This document shows positions 8,059-19,000 of a DNA stretch of 26,975 nt, one piece after another. Made by a program: the position numbers and the translations under genes. Each line of letters starts with the position of its first letter. Position 1 is the first letter of the stretch. Location of the stretch: positions 1-26,975 of the IMG/VR virus record IMGVR_UViG_3300038675_000903; one strand, given 5' to 3'. The notes under the pieces were generated by a model, which was given only the letters and a program-made list of their open reading frames with translations, ran no database searches and had not been told where the DNA came from. Source of the stretch: a virus. Lineage: Duplodnaviria; Caudoviricetes.

Positions 8059-9258
8059 ATGAGTAAGATTCTTGACATGCGTAAGCAGCGCGGCGAAACC
8101 TGGGACAAGGCGAAGGCGTTTCTGGACGCGCACACCGATGAGAACGGCTTGATGAACGCCGAGGACACGCAGGAATACGAGCGTATGGAGCAGGAGGTCG
8201 TCGACCTCGGTCACGCCATCGAACGCGAGGAGCGCGCGCAGGAACTGGAACGCGAACTGAACGCGTCCGTCAGCCCCAATCTCGCTTCCCGTCCCGAAAA
8301 GGCGCGCGAGACCAAGAAGGGCATCGCGTCCGACGCGTACAAGGACGCGTTCTGGAAGCACATGCGCGATATTGAGCGTAGGAATCCCGAACTGCGCAAC
8401 GCCCTGCAGGTTGGCGAATTGTCCGAGGGCGGTTATACCGTGCCGGATGAGTTCGAGCAGACCCTTGTGGAAGCGCTGCAGGAGGAGAACATCATGCGCG
8501 GCCTCGTGCATCGCATCACCACCTCTTCCGGCGACCGCAAGATTCCCATCGTCACCAGCAAGGGCAGCGCGCAGTGGGTAGAGGAAGAAGCCACCATCCC
8601 GGAATCCGACGATACCTTCGGTCAGATTTCGCTGTCCGCGCACAAGGTCGGCTGCATGATTCGCGTCAGCGAGGAACTGCTCCACGACAGCGCGTTCGAC
8701 CTCGCGGGCTATATCTCCAACGAGTTCGCCCGGCGCGTGGGCGCTGCCGAGGAAGAAGCGATCCTGACCGGCAATGGGACGCACAAGCCCACCGGTCTTT
8801 TACATGCCACGCTCGGCGCAGAAACCGGCGTGACCACCGCCGCAGCCGCCGCGATCACCACGGATGAACTGATCGATCTCCAGCACAGCTTGAAGGGCGG
8901 CTACCGTCGCAAGGCGTGCTACATCATGAACGACGCGACGGTCAAGCTCCTGCGCAAGCTCAAGGACGGAAACGGTCAGTACCTCTGGTCGCCGGGCCTC
9001 TTGGCCGGTCAGCCGGATGTGCTGCTCAACCAGAAGGTGATGATCAGCAATTACATGCCGCTGGCCATCGCCGGGAACAAGGCGATTCTGTACGGCGATT
9101 TCAGTTATTACTGGCTCGCCGACCGCGAGGGTCGTTCGCTGCAGCGCCTGAACGAGCTGTACGCGGCGACCGATCAGATCGGTTTCAAGATCACGCAGCG
9201 CGTGGATGGTCGTCTGGTGCTGCGCGAAGCCGTGAAGTGCCTTGCGATGAAGGCGTAA
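8059..9258 (+). CDS. HK97-fold major capsid protein, 399 aa
   Basis: N-terminal coiled-coil delta domain, EGGYTVPDEF, A.WVEE...IPE, VSEELL.DS.FDL..YI, LRKLKD.NGQYLW, GDFSYY. ATG 8059 after GAGGAGG. Confidence 0.97.
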   Translation: MSKILDMRKQRGETWDKAKAFLDAHTDENGLMNAEDTQEYERMEQEVVDLGHAIEREERAQELERELNASVSPNLASRPEKARETKKGIASDAYKDAFWKHMRDIERRNPELRNALQVGELSEGGYTVPDEFEQTLVEALQEENIMRGLVHRITTSSGDRKIPIVTSKGSAQWVEEEATIPESDDTFGQISLSAHKVGCMIRVSEELLHDSAFDLAGYISNEFARRVGAAEEEAILTGNGTHKPTGLLHATLGAETGVTTAAAAAITTDELIDLQHSLKGGYRRKACYIMNDATVKLLRKLKDGNGQYLWSPGLLAGQPDVLLNQKVMISNYMPLAIAGNKAILYGDFSYYWLADREGRSLQRLNELYAATDQIGFKITQRVDGRLVLREAVKCLAMKA

Positions 9259-9274
9259 GCACAGACGCAACGCA

Positions 9275-9306
9275 ATCGGGAGGGTGGCTCGTTCCGCCCT
9301 CCCGAT
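9275..9306 (+). terminator. Strong hairpin after the capsid gene (mRNA-stabilising or partial terminator; no U-tract)
   Basis: ATCGGGAGGGTGG-ctcgtt-CCGCCCTCCCGAT. Confidence 0.55.
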
Positions 9307-9326
9307 CAATATGAGGAGGCAATTGT

Positions 9327-9617
9327 ATGAGCAACATTACGAAAAACTACCATGCTCACGGCGGCAGCGAATGGGTCATCGGCGGCAAGCTCACCTTCCT
9401 GCCGGGCGCGGAAGTGGAAGGCGGCGCGGGTTTGTTTGACGGCGGGAGCGACAGTACATTTACCGCCATGCCCAATCAGGCGGCTAGTGAAGCCACGACC
9501 GTCTCGGCTTTGAAGGAGAACTTCAATACGCTGCTCGCCGCGCTCAAAACGGCGGGACTCATGGTCGCGGACACGCCCGTCGAACCCGCGAATGAGGGCG
9601 ACGAGGGCAGCGCATAA
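9327..9617 (+). CDS. Head fiber/decoration-like protein
   Basis: KNY...GG..WVIGGKL N-terminus and NQAASEATTV..LK..FN.LL..LK.AGLM C-terminus. Immediately after capsid, with RBS GAGGAGG. Confidence 0.75.
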   Translation: MSNITKNYHAHGGSEWVIGGKLTFLPGAEVEGGAGLFDGGSDSTFTAMPNQAASEATTVSALKENFNTLLAALKTAGLMVADTPVEPANEGDEGSA

Positions 9618-9631
9618 GGCGGTGACCGGAT

Positions 9632-9916
9632 ATGGTCGTAACCGTATCGGAGCTTAAGGAGCATCTGCGCATTCAGCATGACGAGGAAGACGTGTATCTC
9701 TCCACGCTCAGTTCGGAAGCGCAAGCCGCTGCCGAGGACTTCTGCCGCGTGACGTTCGATTCAGACGCGCCCGGTCCCGTGCAACTGGCGATTCTGCTCA
9801 TGGCCAGTTACTTCTATGAAAACCGAGATACGCCCGAAAAGCAAGCCTATATCGCCATGCGTATGGCGTTCGAGGCGCTCCTGTATCCCTACCGTGACGT
9901 GACGAAAATGTTTTGA
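9632..9916 (+). CDS. Head-tail connector (HK97 gp6/SPP1 gp15-like)
   Basis: ELKEHLRI.HDEED.YL, AILLMASYFYENR, LLYPYR. Confidence 0.92.
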   Translation: MVVTVSELKEHLRIQHDEEDVYLSTLSSEAQAAAEDFCRVTFDSDAPGPVQLAILLMASYFYENRDTPEKQAYIAMRMAFEALLYPYRDVTKMF

Positions 9917-9930
9917 AGGAGGCGGTCTGA

Positions 9931-10290
9931 TTGCGCGGTTATAAGAACTTCGAGAGCAGCCCGCATCCGGGCGATCTTCGGCATTTGGTGGAGATTGGAT
10001 ACACGGAAAACACTGTGAACGCAAATGGATACCCCGAACCTGTGGACGTTGTTGTGTGTAAGGTGTGGGCTGCTGCTATTGATGCGGGCAACCAGAACTA
10101 CCGCGCAGCGGACGCGAAGAACACGGAAGCCGTGATCAACTTCACCATCCGATATCGCTCTGACATCAGGCCGGGCATGTGGGTGCGGTTCACAGGGAAG
10201 AAGTGGTTTATCTCCACGCTGGGCGAATACGGCTTTGTTCGCGCGTACCTCGGCTTGAAGGCGTCGCTCTCCGAGGGGGTATCCGGATGA
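9931..10290 (+). CDS. Head-closure/head-tail adaptor (SPP1 gp16-like)
   Basis: PGDLRH.V.I, KVWAA, FTIRYR.DI.PGM.V.F. TTG start after AAGGAGG. Confidence 0.88.
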   Translation: MRGYKNFESSPHPGDLRHLVEIGYTENTVNANGYPEPVDVVVCKVWAAAIDAGNQNYRAADAKNTEAVINFTIRYRSDIRPGMWVRFTGKKWFISTLGEYGFVRAYLGLKASLSEGVSG

Positions 10291-10655
10291 GGCAAGTACA
10301 AACCGCTCTTTCTTCGCTTGGTATTCCCGTCATAGCGGGTATCTGGCGCGCGACGACAGCGGAACAGAACTCGCCCGCGCAGTATGTGGTGTACTCCACG
10401 ACCAAGACCGAGGCATCCCATCAGGACGACCGCGTCACTTCGTACCGTACCTATGTGTACCTGAACCTGTGGAGCGAGACCGACCCCACCGATATGGCGG
10501 CTCGCATCCGAAACGCCATGTACGCGGCTGGCTTTGCGATGATCGAGGAGAGCGACAAGGGGTATAACCAACCCGCCTACGACGCCGCCACCAAACAATA
10601 CACCGTGCAATGGACGTGGTGTTTGCGCGAGGATGTGATCGATTATGGGAATTGA
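10287..10655 (+). CDS. Putative tail completion/terminator protein, 122 aa
   Basis: ATGA overlap with the adaptor gene. QYVVY...Y.YLNLWS...IRNAM.AAGF pattern and neck position. Confidence 0.7.
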   Translation: MRQVQTALSSLGIPVIAGIWRATTAEQNSPAQYVVYSTTKTEASHQDDRVTSYRTYVYLNLWSETDPTDMAARIRNAMYAAGFAMIEESDKGYNQPAYDAATKQYTVQWTWCLREDVIDYGN

Positions 10656-11055
10656 GCTGCGCGGTTTCGACGATCTTCAGGACGATATGCTCAATATGGC
10701 GGCGGCGCTGGACAACGGCCCCGCCGTTAATCGCGCTCTGAAAGCTGGCGCGGTTCCCATCGAGGAGCAAATGCTCCACAACGCATCGACCGATCCCGCG
10801 ATCATCACCGGCGACTTGCACGATTCTATTCGCACGGGCAATGTCGGCAAGAAGCGCGGCGGCGGCAAGCGCATCACCATCGGCGTCCACTACAAAGATA
10901 AGGGCGCATTTTATGCTAACCCGCTCGAGTTTGGGCACGGCGGACCCGCGCCCGCGCCCGCACATCCCTTCGTGAGACCCGCTTTCGACACCCGTGCCGA
11001 TGAAGCTTACGCGAACATCAAAGCCGTCCTGAGAGAAGAGCTGACCAAAATCTAA
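10645..11055 (+). CDS. HK97 gp10-like neck protein
   Basis: IELRGFDDL, ALKAGA.PI, TG.L..SI, FYA..LEFG...PAHPFVRPAFD. Confidence 0.9.
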   Translation: MGIELRGFDDLQDDMLNMAAALDNGPAVNRALKAGAVPIEEQMLHNASTDPAIITGDLHDSIRTGNVGKKRGGGKRITIGVHYKDKGAFYANPLEFGHGGPAPAPAHPFVRPAFDTRADEAYANIKAVLREELTKI

Positions 11056-11067
11056 GGAGGAAAACTT

Positions 11068-11673
11068 ATGCCTACACCCACCGCTTCGCCGACCGTGTCC
11101 AGTACGGTCGGTCTTAAAAACGTAGTGATCGCGCCGCTGACGGAAGATACCGAGGCGACGATTACTTACGGTACGCTGCAGGCTGTGGCGGGCGCGATAG
11201 AAGCATCAGTCACGCCCGAAAACGCCGATCCTGACGTGCAATACGCGGATGATCAGGAATTCAGCGTGCTTTATCCGGATCCCGAACTGTCTTTCAAGAC
11301 CAAGATGGCGGATATCCCGCTGGCGGTACAGGAGATGGTGTTCGGTAATACCATCGACGATAACGGCGTCCTGATTCGTTCCGCGAACGACCAGCCGCCC
11401 TATTTCGCCGTGGGGTTCAAGTCGGAAAAGTCCAACGGCAAGTATCGTTACGTATGGCTTTATAAGGTGCGCGCGAAGCCGGTCACGGAGAACTATGCCA
11501 CCAAAGAAGGCGGCACGGTCACTCGTCAGACGGGCGAAATCGAGTGGACTGCCATCAAACGCACGCACGACGGCTACTATCAGGCAGTGGCCGACGAGGA
11601 CGAGAACTCCTTCACGGGCGGCGACACCTTCCTTACGTCGGTGTACGCGCCTACGATTACCGCCGGAACCTGA
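11068..11673 (+). CDS. Major tail (tube) protein, phi13-like family
   Basis: VGLKNV.IA, YADD, ANDQPPYFAVGFKSEKSNGKYRYVWLYK. RBS AAGGAGG. Confidence 0.92.
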   Translation: MPTPTASPTVSSTVGLKNVVIAPLTEDTEATITYGTLQAVAGAIEASVTPENADPDVQYADDQEFSVLYPDPELSFKTKMADIPLAVQEMVFGNTIDDNGVLIRSANDQPPYFAVGFKSEKSNGKYRYVWLYKVRAKPVTENYATKEGGTVTRQTGEIEWTAIKRTHDGYYQAVADEDENSFTGGDTFLTSVYAPTITAGT

Positions 11674-11684
11674 TAAATCCAATC

Positions 11685-11720
11685 GCCGCCGCGTGGAATA
11701 AGCTTCACGCGGCGGCTTCA
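11685..11720 (+). terminator. Hairpin / probable partial terminator after the major tail gene
   Basis: GCCGCCGCGTGGA-ataagc-TTCACGCGGCGGC followed by a weakly T-rich tail. Confidence 0.65.
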
Positions 11721-11754
11721 TACGGTTTACTCATTTTGATTGGGAGGTATCGTT

Positions 11755-12156
11755 ATGGTCACATGTACGCTCGGTAAGCAAAAGTATTCTGTGGACTTCA
11801 TCTCCGGTCGCGCGCTGCGCGAGATGGAACCTGCCTCGAAGATGTACGGAACCCTTGTGCGCATCTCCAAAGACGCCGTGGAAGGTAAGGACGTATCCGG
11901 TGAAAAGGTCACGGTCGCGGAGGCGCTGGATGTGATGAGCAAGTGGTTTTGTCTCTTGTTCGGAAACCAGTTCACCGTGGACGAGCTATACGACGGCTAT
12001 CCTGCCGACCGCCTGATGCACGATATCGCGCTGGCGCTCATGGCTGTACAGACGCAGACGACCGAGGTGCTGGACAGTTTCCCTACGAAACCGGCAGCGG
12101 ACATCCCGCCGACAGCGGAGACGGAGACAGCGGAGAATCCTCAGACGGAAACCTGA
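11755..12156 (+). CDS. Tail assembly chaperone (gpG analogue), 133 aa
   Basis: Lies between major tail and tape measure genes. F..QFTVDELYDG motif. ATG after GGGAGGT. Confidence 0.85.
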   Translation: MVTCTLGKQKYSVDFISGRALREMEPASKMYGTLVRISKDAVEGKDVSGEKVTVAEALDVMSKWFCLLFGNQFTVDELYDGYPADRLMHDIALALMAVQTQTTEVLDSFPTKPAADIPPTAETETAENPQTET

Positions 12157-12344
12157 CGCTGCCGGAGTACATCTACTCGACCTATAACGCGCTGCTCAAA
12201 TCCGGCTGGCGAATGCGTGAAATTGACGAGATGGATATGCTTGGTTTCCTAAAACTGCGGGCGTGGGACGCTCAGCGGGAACGGAAAAAGAAAGAACCGA
12301 GGCGAGCCTTCATTGATGAAGTCTGGCACTCGGTTAAACCGTAA
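12078..12344 (+). CDS. gpT-like extension reached by -1 programmed frameshift (gpGT)
   Basis: Slippery T TTC CCT (12078-84) is in register with the gpG frame. The -1 frame is open to 12344 (LPEYIYSTYNALLKSGW...IDEMD) and has no good RBS of its own. Confidence 0.75.
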   Translation, partial: FPYETGSGHPADSGDGDSGESSDGNLTLPEYIYSTYNALLKSGWRMREIDEMDMLGFLKLRAWDAQRERKKKEPRRAFIDEVWHSVKP

Positions 12345-12395
12345 AGTGATTGTCAGGCATGAGCAAAGATCATTATCTATATACCCTCATGCGTA

Positions 12396-12737
12396 CTAGC
12401 TGCGCGTTGCGATATAACTCTTTAGCGCGTTTTCAACAACCCCATTCAGTGTCATTTGCTGCGTAATCGCGTATATGGCAGCTCGCTTGTGCAAATCAGG
12501 AGATACTCGAATGTTAAAGCTTCCCTTATAAGCTTTTTCGGGTTCTTCTTTTCGGTCGTCACACAACGCCAGATAATCATCTACCGCACCATGAAAATCC
12601 TCGATGAGTTCCTTCGCAGTTGTACCTTCATAGGAAATCAGGCTGCGGATACCCATGACTTTTCCAAAGAACAATCCGTCCGCTTCGGAAAACTCGACGC
12701 TACCAACGTAGCCTTTGTATTCCATCGTGTTGTTCAC
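12396..12737 (-). CDS. hicB: HicB-family antitoxin
   Basis: MEYKGY.GSVEFS..D..FFGKV.GI..LISYEG, F..AVDDYL, PEK.YKGSFNIRVSPDLH (RHH). Confidence 0.95.
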   Translation of the reverse strand: MNNTMEYKGYVGSVEFSEADGLFFGKVMGIRSLISYEGTTAKELIEDFHGAVDDYLALCDDRKEEPEKAYKGSFNIRVSPDLHKRAAIYAITQQMTLNGVVENALKSYIATRS

Positions 12738-12988
12738 AGCAATCCCTCCTGTTCTAACATATCCAGCAGCTGTTTGATTTGATACGCCAATAGTTCTTTT
12801 CGCGGGTGCGGTTTATGCAACAATATGGGCGGATGGTTATCGCTTGCGAACATCACACGCGATCCGTTCGTGCGCCCTTTGTCGGAGCGTGCATATCCCA
12901 AAAACCGCATCAGTGTTTCTGCTTCATCAAAGGTAAAATCCTTCGGCTTGGATTTTAGCCTTTGAACGAGTTTTTCCTTCTGACCCAA
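12734..12988 (-). CDS. hicA: HicA-family toxin, 84 aa (TTG start)
   Basis: KEKL..RL.SKPKDFTFDE...L...LGY...GSRV.F...I.LHKPHP. TTG after GGGGGA. GTGA overlap with hicB. Confidence 0.92.
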   Translation of the reverse strand: MGQKEKLVQRLKSKPKDFTFDEAETLMRFLGYARSDKGRTNGSRVMFASDNHPPILLHKPHPRKELLAYQIKQLLDMLEQEGLL

Positions 12989-13010
12989 CTGCAATCCCCC
13001 CTGTAGACAC

Positions 13011-13055
13011 AGTATAGCACAAAGTAGCGAGAAATGCAACTAAAATCAGTTGCAT
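13011..13055 (-). promoter_or_regulatory. hicAB promoter with operator-like inverted repeat
   Basis: Minus strand TTGCAT (13039-34), 17 bp, TATACT (13016-11), with extended TG. Perfect inverted repeat ATGCAACT-aaaatc-AGTTGCAT (13034-55) covers the -35. Confidence 0.82.
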
Positions 13056-13081
13056 ATTTGCCGCCAAGGAGGTGACTTTCT

Positions 13082-16000
13082 TTGAGCGATACCCTTCGCG
13101 AGCTGGTCGTCTCGCTGTCTCTGGATAGCGATAACTTTGCCCGGAATCTGCGGACGATCAACAAGCAAATCAAGGAAGCGGAGAGCACCTTCCTGCTGGC
13201 GGGCGCGGGCGTAGACAACTTCGAGAAGACGGTGAACGGGCTTTCCAGCAAGCTTACTATGCTTCAGACGAAGCTCACGCAGCAGAATCTCGCCGTAGAT
13301 CAGTATGCCCGCGCGCTCACCGCCGCCAACCAAAAGCTCGCCGATTCCTACGCGCGTCAGGATAAGATGAAGGCGGAACTCACGACCGCCACCGCGCTGT
13401 ACCAGAACCTTGGCGCGAAGGTATCCGAGTCTGCCGCGCGGTACGAGGGCTTCCAGAACGCCGTCACGCAGTCAACCACGGCTTCTGAAGCCGCAAAATC
13501 GCGTTTGAGCGGACTTACGGAGGAACAGGTACGCGCGGCTGAAAAGGTCAGACAGCTCACCGACGATGTTCAGGTTTGCAGCGAAGTGCTCAAGTTGAGC
13601 GGCGACGCGAAACAGGCTGACCGCGACGAACTCGCTGCCATGGAAGCCGCGCTTCAAAAGGCGCAGGATGAATACGCCGATTTGGGTCGGCAGATACAGG
13701 TCGCTTCTACCGCTTATGAGGACAGCAAGAAGGCCATCGCGGATAACGAAGAAGCCGCGCGTCAGGAAGGCGAAACGCTCAAGCGGCTGAAAGAGGAGCA
13801 TCAAGCCGCCGCAGATAAGGTTAAGCTGTTGGAAGGGCAAATAAAGTCCAATAGCAAAACGCTCCAGAATAACGCCGACGCCATCGCCACCGCGCAGGCC
13901 AACTTGAACGCCGCGAAAGCCGCCGTGAAGACGACCGAGGCGGAGATCGCGAAATGCAATCAAGCACTTGCGCTGGCGCAAACGAAGTGGGATGAAGCCG
14001 GAGAGAGCATTAAGCAGAGTCAGGCCGCTATCGTCAGCTTCGGAAAACAGATCGGTTTAGCGGAGAGTCGGTTCAAACTCGCTTCGGCGGGCATTAAAGA
14101 CCTAAATAAGAGCGTCGAGGGACTTTCGGCGAAGCTGACGTTCCTGAACGAAAAGCTGGTGCTTCAGCGCGAGAGCGTTGAGAAGTATGAGGACGCGTTA
14201 CGCGCCGCGCGGGAGCAGCAGGAAGCCGCAAAGACCGCGAACGACCCTGAGAAAATCCATCAGGCGACCGACGCGGTCACGGACGCGGAAACCGCGCTCA
14301 ACAAGGCGAAAGCCGCCGTCAAGGAGACGGAAGCGGAGATCGGCGAGCTGAATAAGAAGCTCGCGGTCATGGAATCCCAGTGGACGCAGGCGGGAGAGTC
14401 GCTGGAAGCGTTCTCCAAGAAATGCGACAAGGTCGGCAAGGCGCTCAGCAAAGCGGGGCGCTTACTCACCACGACGGTCTCCGCGCCCATCGCGGCGCTG
14501 GGTGTTACGGCGATCAAGGCGAGCATCGACTACGAATCCGCGTTCACTTCTGTTCGGAAAACCGTGGACGCGACCGAGGACGAGTTTGCGGAACTGTCCT
14601 CGTCCATCAAGACGATGTCCACGCAGGTGGCCTCTTCCGCGTCCGACATCGCCGAGGTCGTCGCCGTCGCCGGTCAGCTCGGCATCGCCAACGAACACCT
14701 CATGGGCTTTGCCAAGACTATGATCGATTTGGGCAACAGCACGGACATCGTGGCTGAGGAAGCCGCGTCCACGCTCGCCAAGTTCGCCAATATCACCAAC
14801 ATGAACCAGAGCGAGTTTGAGCGGCTGGGTTCCACGCTGGTTGATCTGGGCAATAACTACGCCACCACCGAGTCGGCGATCATGGAAATGTCGCTCCGCC
14901 TCGCCGCAGCGGGTCATCAGGTGGGATTGACCGAATCGCAGATTCTGGGCTTCGCTACGGCGCTTTCATCCGTCGGCATCGAGGCACAGATGGGCGGTTC
15001 GGCGTTCTCCAAGGCGCTGGTCAAGATGGAGGTCGCGTGCGCCACGGGCGGCGACGCGCTTGAGGATTTCGGCAAGGTCTCCGGCATGACCGCCAAGCAG
15101 TTCAAGGCGCTCTTTGAGAGCGATCCCGCCGCCGCGTTCCAGGCGTTCATCGTCGGGCTGTCAAAAATGGATGACGAAGGCGAAAGCGCCATCGCCGTGC
15201 TGGACGAGATCGGCATTAAGGAAGTGCGCTTGCGCGACACCTTGCTGCGCGCCACCAACGCCACGGAACTTTTCTCCAATACGCAGAAAACCGCGAATGA
15301 GGCGTGGGCGGAGAACACCGCATTGTCCACCGAGGCAAACAAGCGATACGCGACCACCGAATCGCGCCTGACCAACCTCAAGAATACCGCGCTCTTGTTC
15401 GCGCAGCAGATCGGCGACGATCTCAACCCGACCGTTCAGGTGCTGATCGACAAGGCGAACGAATTGCTCGCTTCCTTTATGGGATTGGACGAGAGCCAGC
15501 GCATGGCGATCATCAAGTTCGCCGCAGTCACGGCGGCTGTCGGTCCCGCAATACTGGTTATCGGTAAGATGGTCAGCGGCATCGGCAAGGTGTCAGCGGC
15601 TTTTGCAGTCGTCAGCAAGGGTATCGGGAAGTTCTCCGGCGCGGTGAAGCTCGCGGGCGGCGGAATCGGCGGATTCGTGAAAACGCTGGCTTCGTCGAAA
15701 CTCGTCATCGCGGCGCTTGCCGCCGCCGTGGTATACGGTGCGTATAAGTGGTACGATTACGCGTCCGGTGCGAAGACGGCGCGCGAAGCGCTGGAAGGCA
15801 TGAACGAAACGGCGAAGCAGTGGAGGGAAAACGCCGCCGAGACATTCTATGGCTCCGCCGAAGGGCTGTCTTTCTTCGGCATGTCCGAGGAGGATTTCAC
15901 CCGCGCGGAGCAGAGCAGCGAGGACTGGCTGAACGGTCTGCTCGCCGTCTGGTCGGACGGTAAGAAGGAAACCAATGAGATCGTCACGGAATGGACGGAT

Positions 16001-19000
16001 TCCTTCAAGGCTCTGACCGCGTCCACCCGCGACGAGCTAACCGAGATGAAGGCGACCGCCGACCAAGCGGGGTATACCGGTGTTTCGGAGCAGCTGCAGA
16101 CGGACATCGAGCAGCTGGACGCGATGGACGCGGAGATCGAACGGCTGCTCAAGAAGCGTCAATCGCGCAACTTCACCGATAAAGACAAGATCAGGCTTCA
16201 GGAGCTCATCGACGCGCGAGAAGCCATCGAGATCAAGTATCATCTGTCGCCTGCCGATACGGATGGGTTTGATACGATTCTTGATAAACTGGAGGCCGAA
16301 GTCGCGCGCGCTCGCGCGAAGGGACAGACCGACGCTTCGGCTTCCGTATACGAGAACGCGCTGCTGGCCGCCGCGCAGGGCTACGCAGCCATCAATGCCG
16401 AACTGGACACACAGTATGACAAAGAATACGCGCTTGTTCAGCTCATCGAAGGCGACGCGGAGCGGAGACATGCGCAGGAAGCGTTGGACGCGAAGTACTC
16501 GGATAACCGGCTCGCGGCGGCGCGTGAATACGCACAGACAATGGCGGCCATCGTCATGCCTGTGTGGAATCAGCCGGACATTCAGGCGGCGGACGCGGCG
16601 ATAGACACCCTATACGGCAAGCTTCGAGAGTACAGCATCGCGGCCAACAACGGAGATACGCTGGGCATGGCCAAGGCGCTGGAAGATATGAACGCGCTGA
16701 CTTCCAGCATGGATGAAGGCGCGCTCACGGAGTACTACGCGCTGCTCACACAGATTCAATCGCTGATGGACGCGGGAATGAGCGAAGAAGAGATTCAAGC
16801 GATCTTCCCCGATATCGACGTGTCTTCCCAGATGCAGCAGCTTGCGTCCCTTACGCAGTTCGTTACCGATCACAAGGATACGCTGGAGGGCTTGAGCGGT
16901 ATCTTCTCCGAGGCGGTGCCCGAGGAAGTACTCAAAATCGCCACAGACCTCGACATGACCGGCGCGCAGGCGCGGTGGGACGAGTTCGCCGCGAATCCCG
17001 GCGCAATCACGACGGAGGCCATCATCGCGGGGTATACCGAAGCGGAGAATGCCGCGCGCGTACAGCCGCAGGTGACGGCATTTATCTCGGGCTATACGGA
17101 AATCGCAGAAGGCGCAAGCACCGCATCGCTGACACCGACCGGGCTACTAGCGTATGTGGCGAAATACGCGGAGGTTGTGACCGGCGCGGATATGTCCGGA
17201 TTAACGCCGGAGAACGTCACTGCGATGGTAAGCGCCTACGAGGAGCTTGCCACCGGAGTGGATGTATCCAAACTCACGCCTGCGGAAATCACCGCGTACA
17301 TATCGACATATCTGGAATCGCAGGGCGTGGATACGTCCAATCTCACGCCTGGCGGGATAACCGCTTTCGTGCTCGCTTATGAAGAAGTCACGGGCGGCGC
17401 GTCCACGACGAATCTTTCGGCGGATGGGCTTGTCGCGTACATCCATCAGTACGCGGAACAGAACGGCGGCGCGGACACATCCGGCTTGACGCCGAAGAAT
17501 GTATCCGCCATGGTAAGCGCGTACCGCGAGCTTGAAAGCGGCGCGGATATCACGGCGCTTACACCCTCCGAGATAACGGCTTATATTTCTACATACCTCG
17601 AATCCGAGGGGTATGACATCACTGCGCTCGGACCGGGCGGCGTCACGGCGTTTGTGGGCGCGTATCAGGAAATGAACGGCGGCGCGTCCACGACCAAGCT
17701 CATGCCGAGCGATATTGCCGCGATTGTGACATCGTACCTTGAGGCGGAGGAAGTGGACGTTACCGCGCTTTCCGAGCCGCAGATCGACGCGCTCGTAACC
17801 GCGTATTCCGAGGCAACGGGCTGCGACAAGACGGCGCTGAAAACGGAACTGGTCGCCTACATCTCCAAGTACCAGAACGCGGAGGGCGTTGCGACGCCCT
17901 CGATCATCACCTGCCAAGTCAGCATATCGGGCTACGATCTGGCGGCGTACACGCAGTTCGTGAAGGATCATCCCGTAACGGTTACAGGGTTGGTACGGTT
18001 GGGCGAGGTGTATGACGAGCCAACGGAGGTACTTGAGGAACCAAACGCGACCTTCTGGGAGAACGGACAGGAAATCCCGGTGAATCTTGTGCCCGCGAAC
18101 AAGATCGACGCGACGACGCTCATGGCGTATGAGGACGACGGCACGCTGCACGTACTGATCACGCCGACGATTTCGGGTACGCCGGAAGCGCTGGAGGAAG
18201 CGGTCAGCGCGCTGGAAAGCACCGAGCATCAGGGGTCGATTGGCGCGAGATGGGCGAACGACACTACGATAGACGATCTCCGGAATTTGAACGAGTATCT
18301 CGTCGGCATTGATAACGAGATGAAATCGTTCCTCAATATTGGCGGCTGGATGAACGGTTGGGATCGCAATGCCGCGTCCAGCACGATTTCGAATTACTTG
18401 GACGCGACCGAAATCGCCAATATCCAATCCTATGTCGGAGAAGCGATTGCGGCGCTGAACAACGGTGAAACGCTCTCCGAGGATATGGTCGCCAACCTGC
18501 AGGCCATACAGAACTTGGTGGAGCTCATGGACAGCATCGGCGTGGGCGATGAGATCGTCGCCGGTATTGCGCAAGCCATGACCGAAGCGGGTATGGACAC
18601 CACGGCGGAGACCGTCGCCGCGAATATAGAGACGGCGCTGAACACCGCGCTGGGCATAGAGTCTCCTTCCACCCGCATGATGCCGATTGGCGAGAATACC
18701 GCTGCGGGTATCGGCGAAGGCATGTCTAGCTATGACATGTCCGCGTATGCTTCTGTGCTGGCCGGAAATCTGCAAACCGCGCTGGAGAGCGGGCTGGGCG
18801 CGGATGTACTCCAATCGATTGGCACGAGCGCCGCGACTTCCATAGGAAGCGGGATAACTGCTTACGATATCAGTTCATCGGCCGGTACATTGTCGTCGAA
18901 CGCAAAATCGGCGCTCGCTTCGTCGTTTAGCGCATCCGGTTTCCGAAGTATAGGGTTAAATGCCATGTACGGATTGCGCGCGGGCATCGTCGCGGGCAGG

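Noticed and set aside
12145-12156. GGAAAC near the gpG stop as the frameshift site
   Set aside because: It is not a full X XXY YYZ in the correct register; T TTC CCT at 12078 fits better.
12357-12392. GCATGAG...CTCATGC as terminator between gpGT and hicB
   Set aside because: The stem is only 7 bp with a ~22-nt loop and no U-tract; too weak to call.
17201-18814. 537-aa minus-strand ORF
   Set aside because: Antisense shadow of the GC-rich tape measure gene, with Arg-rich non-protein-like composition.
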